This document shows, piece after piece, positions 61,901-64,000 of a stretch of DNA of 64,000 nt; within the stretch, counting starts at the first letter, position 1, and each line of letters opens with the position of its first letter. Made by a program: the position numbers and the translations under genes. Source of the DNA: Convolutriloba macropyga (Eukaryota); the NCBI RefSeq assembly GCF_964194025.1, contig NW_027450442.1, positions 1 through 64,000 of the forward strand. Reading direction: 5' to 3'. Under the pieces are notes generated by a model. It was not told the DNA's origin. It did no database searches and was given only the letters and a program-made list of their open reading frames with translations.

Positions 61901-64000
61901 GCCGGTAGATTGCCAGAAAATAGCCGCAATAGCTTCGTAAAATCAAATGTGACCAAAAGTTTAATCACGCGAATGAACAAAAAACTCGCTCCACTAAGAG
62001 CGAAAAATGACGTCACTCGCGCAATTCAGTTGAAATTGCATGAACGAATAAGCAAAAAGCAGATTTGAAGTTGTTGTGACGTCGTATGGTCTAAAAAATC
62101 GCGACGACGAAATTTAAAAAACCTAGAGAAGGCCAATAATAGCCCCATCTATCGCTGTGCGGCTATTAATAAATACTTCACACTTCGTTCGGAAGCAAAT
62201 AAAAAACACGTAGTACCCAAGACAGTAAATGTTCCCTTTCTGGGAGCGTACTTTCAAGACCTCACAGTCATGGTATCTGCACCTGAATAACAGTCTTGTC
62301 CCAGGTTCGGCTCTCATCGATATACTTTGAGCCCTTTAGGTCACTGACCTCTCGATCTCTCGATATGTTCTCTTAACCATGCTGCTCAATGCGGCTCTTT
62401 AACATGCTCTTCGGGAGGCCTCTTGATCATGGAAAAATTGTGCCCCTTTTAGAGCTCACGCCTTTAATATTTAGGATAGGATAGTATTCTGATTGGATTA
62501 TACGAACTAGTTGAAACAATGCTGACATGCACGAAAATGAAGCCTTAAGATGTTGTCTGCAAACAATCCAAGAAAAGTTCACGGTTGCCGCTGTTTTTGA
62601 GAGAACATACGTATTCCAGCCGTATTTCGAAAAATGGATTCACGATTAGCTTCTGAACCATAAAAGGAACTTGCCGTAGAAATAAATGAACAATCTACAA
62701 CACGATCGTCGTTGACATCCAATCAGTTGAACGTGAACCCAATGAATACTACCTCATGACAAGATATCAACTCAATATTTCAAAGCACACTTTTTGGCTA
62801 CAGAAAAGCCTTAAGATCAAAGAAACAAGATGCCCATCTTGGAGCTTAATACCCATTGGCGTATGTCTGGCACACTAGGCTTAAGAGATTACTGGTTCGA
62901 ATCCAGTACTCAGTACTACTGTAGTAACGCCTGCTTAAACTCGCCTCCTAACAGATTATGGAACGAGACCGTCTCTGAGCTCAAAAATGACAAATAGTTA
63001 TAATTATGAGAGATGCAAAATTCAAGTGGGAGTGTTAGGTTGAGAGCGAACAACCTCAGTCAGCCTTGTGAAATGATTTGGGAGATCTTGAGTGCCAACT
63101 TTGTCAACGACTCATCACAATCACTTTGGGCCTCAATTAGTAATAAGTAAACTTTTGGCGTTAAGAACTAGAATCAGAAGTTTTTTGTTATAGGTAGGAC
63201 GGCCTGCCAAAAGTCACCCAAAAAAAATCTGCCTTAATCGTAACCCCCAGATGTTTGAGTCGTATGCCTATTTATAATTTTTTGACAGTCAGGTAACCTT
63301 CCTTTGCTACATGCACATGGCTAGATTGAAATATGGCACAGACCTGGATTCTGAATCTTGCATTGCAGCTTTCCGTTATCTTGAAACCTGCAAAGGTTTT
63401 TAATCAGCTTCGTGTTCCTATTTGCAGGTAACGATCCTGACAGCATCTCTTTTGCTGCCTTGGTTTTTGTTTTCAAGCAACTGTACTTGGGCCATCTTCC
63501 ATTTTGAGGGGGAAATGTAACATGTGAACACAGTTATGGGATAAACCGATTTCGTTTGTAGCTAAGCGTAATGACTGAAGCAATATCCGGACCAATTGGA
63601 AGCAAAAGGAAGTCCATGTTTTACGCTAGCTTAGAAATGGACGAAAAAAAATTGGTGTATCATTTCAAAGCTTGCTTCACAATAAAATCTATCCTTTTTT
63701 TATCAATTTACAAAGAGAAGTTCCGTGAATACGCGCATGCGCACAGGAAATTAGATTTTCTAATAGTCTTCCGTAAAAATCAAGTATTTTGAACTTAAAT
63801 ATTTGTTGTTTTTGTTTATTGATTGCTTTTATCTGAGCAGGACTCGTTACCATGCCAAAAGTGCCGCAACTCAGGTCACCGCTTCTGTCTGCCTTAACAT
63901 CAATAATTTGTCTTACCTATACAGCCTCCGGTAGTACACTGGAACTGCTCTGGACCACAGAAGCAGAGCACCTCGTCAGACAGATCTCCACAGTCATCGA
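46803..64000 (-). CDS. Host gene, 3' part: multi-LDL-receptor class A repeat protein (at least 11 repeats, 477 aa in window). Exons: >64000-63917, 53952-53778, 53359-53138, 52396-52237, 51595-51486, 50977-50818, 48463-48281, 47828-47623, 46938-46803
   Basis: All eight introns are GT-AG with compatible phases (1,2,2,0,2,0,0,2). The spliced frame is open to TAG at 46803-46805 and repeats C-x-C-x-C-x-C(D/N)G-x-C-x-DGSDE-x-C. Confidence 0.92.
47623..47828 (-). CDS. LDLa gene exon: CDDGSMFPLPQPPP...CTQGQH
   Basis: AATAG acceptor supplies the missing terminal Cys of the previous repeat; AG|GTAAAC donor. Confidence 0.9.
48281..48463 (-). CDS. LDLa gene exon: LCNGFPDCADRSDEQQC...CPGGDDELN
   Basis: TCTCAAG acceptor, GTAGGA donor, phase 0 on both sides. 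Confidence 0.9.
48592..49299. mobile_element. MITE-like DNA element (about 710 bp) flanked by TA, intronic
   Basis: Left TA|CCCAGGTATAGGTACAGAATTATGAAAAGAC vs reverse complement of right TA|CCTAGGTCTAGGCCTCGACTTATGAAAAGAC; internal GACTTTAGCTGGAC-like repeats. Confidence 0.72.
50818..50977 (-). CDS. LDLa gene exon: WQCVFQTAVCNGMLECSNGRDEESC...CVNTNK
   Basis: TGTGTAG acceptor, AAG|GTATGT donor. Confidence 0.92.
51486..51595 (-). CDS. LDLa gene exon: DCLLGEDESSRLC...QCQSYEFRCS (not in ORF track)
   Basis: GATAG acceptor, AG|GTCAAC donor; completes the repeats begun in the flanking exons in the correct phase. Confidence 0.87.
51608..51842. repeat. 16-bp minisatellite ATCAAATTAATTC(A/C)AC, about 14.5 copies
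   Basis: Direct reading of the tandem units. Confidence 0.95.
52237..52396 (-). CDS. LDLa gene exon: CNGAKDCLDGSDETGC...RRCDGYE
   Basis: TTGCAG acceptor, GAG|GTAC donor. Confidence 0.9.
52965..53072. mobile_element. 108-bp hairpin mini-element with Maverick-like termini and 6-bp TSD AGTGAA
   Basis: 45-nt arms matching at 44 positions with an 18-nt loop; AGTGAA at 52959-52964 and 53073-53078; terminus matches the Maverick TIR at 17 of the first 18 nt. Confidence 0.9.
53138..53359 (-). CDS. LDLa gene exon: CTLLEFECLNGAC...CYNGRQCIQATK
   Basis: TGTTCAG acceptor, GTGGGT donor. Confidence 0.92.
53778..53952 (-). CDS. LDLa gene exon: KYLRCNGVADCEDGSDESGC...GDGSDEANC
   Basis: TTTTTAG acceptor, GTACGT donor. 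Confidence 0.92.
55229..56421 (+). repeat. Possible LTR (TGTTG...CAACA) ahead of the decayed BEL gag
   Basis: TGTTG start, ATTAAA at about 56387, CAACA end. No PBS or TSD found, so the boundaries are tentative. Confidence 0.35.
56422..59460 (+). mobile_element. Heavily decayed BEL/Pao gag-protease remnant in the 10-kb intron
   Basis: PLPKWKMSQYNGDPLQWHGWF (about 58125-58185), CRKDGCNSSHKTIL knuckle, CDTTCSYS protease-like motif, QDVYHAIHPLEY; homologous to the 1493-4735 ORF. Confidence 0.8.
63917..64000 (-). CDS. LDLa gene exon (partial): DDCGDLSDEVLCFCGPEQFQCTTGGCI
   Basis: Donor G|GTAAGA, phase 1, joins the GG at 53952 to give CIGKYLRC. Confidence 0.9.
   Translation of the reverse strand, partial: SMTVEICLTRCSASVVQSSSSVLPEAV

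Noticed and set aside
63020-63900. PPT plus TG motifs (AAGTGGGAG-TGTTAG near 63023; GAGGGGGAAA-TGTAAC near 63506) as LTR starts
   Set aside because: No matching partner LTR, clear end or TSD could be established in the window.

Overview
AT-rich, gapped eukaryotic (animal-like) genomic DNA dominated by nested mobile elements. I cannot identify the organism. From left to right: a disabled BEL/Pao LTR retrotransposon (1-6892, minus) inserted into the RNase H region of a Ty3/Gypsy element (6893-10597, plus, with 3' LTR); a rearranged head-to-tail array of CR1/L2-like LINE pieces with (AAT)n/(ATT)n tracts (10.8-20.4 kb); a 5.2-kb Maverick/Polinton-type protein-primed PolB element with 478-bp TIRs and a 6-bp TSD (20649-25832); a truncated Gypsy (28.1-31.5 kb); two divergently oriented CR1/L2-like LINEs with SGNH-esterase ORF1s (34.1-38.3 kb and 42.2-46.1 kb); and the last nine coding exons of a host gene on the minus strand (46803 to beyond 64000) made of at least 11 LDL-receptor class A repeats, whose introns hold a MITE, a minisatellite and a decayed BEL element. 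The most striking observation is that each end of the Maverick is a 64-nt self-complementary hairpin (AGTAATGTTTATATGGGC...GCCCATATAAACATTACT). A free-standing 108-bp hairpin with almost the same terminus (AGTAATGTGTATATGGGC) and its own 6-bp TSD lies 27 kb away in an intron. This suggests a Maverick-dependent family of tiny hairpin elements. The Maverick itself is built from two copies of the polB-proximal end, like a copy-back defective genome.
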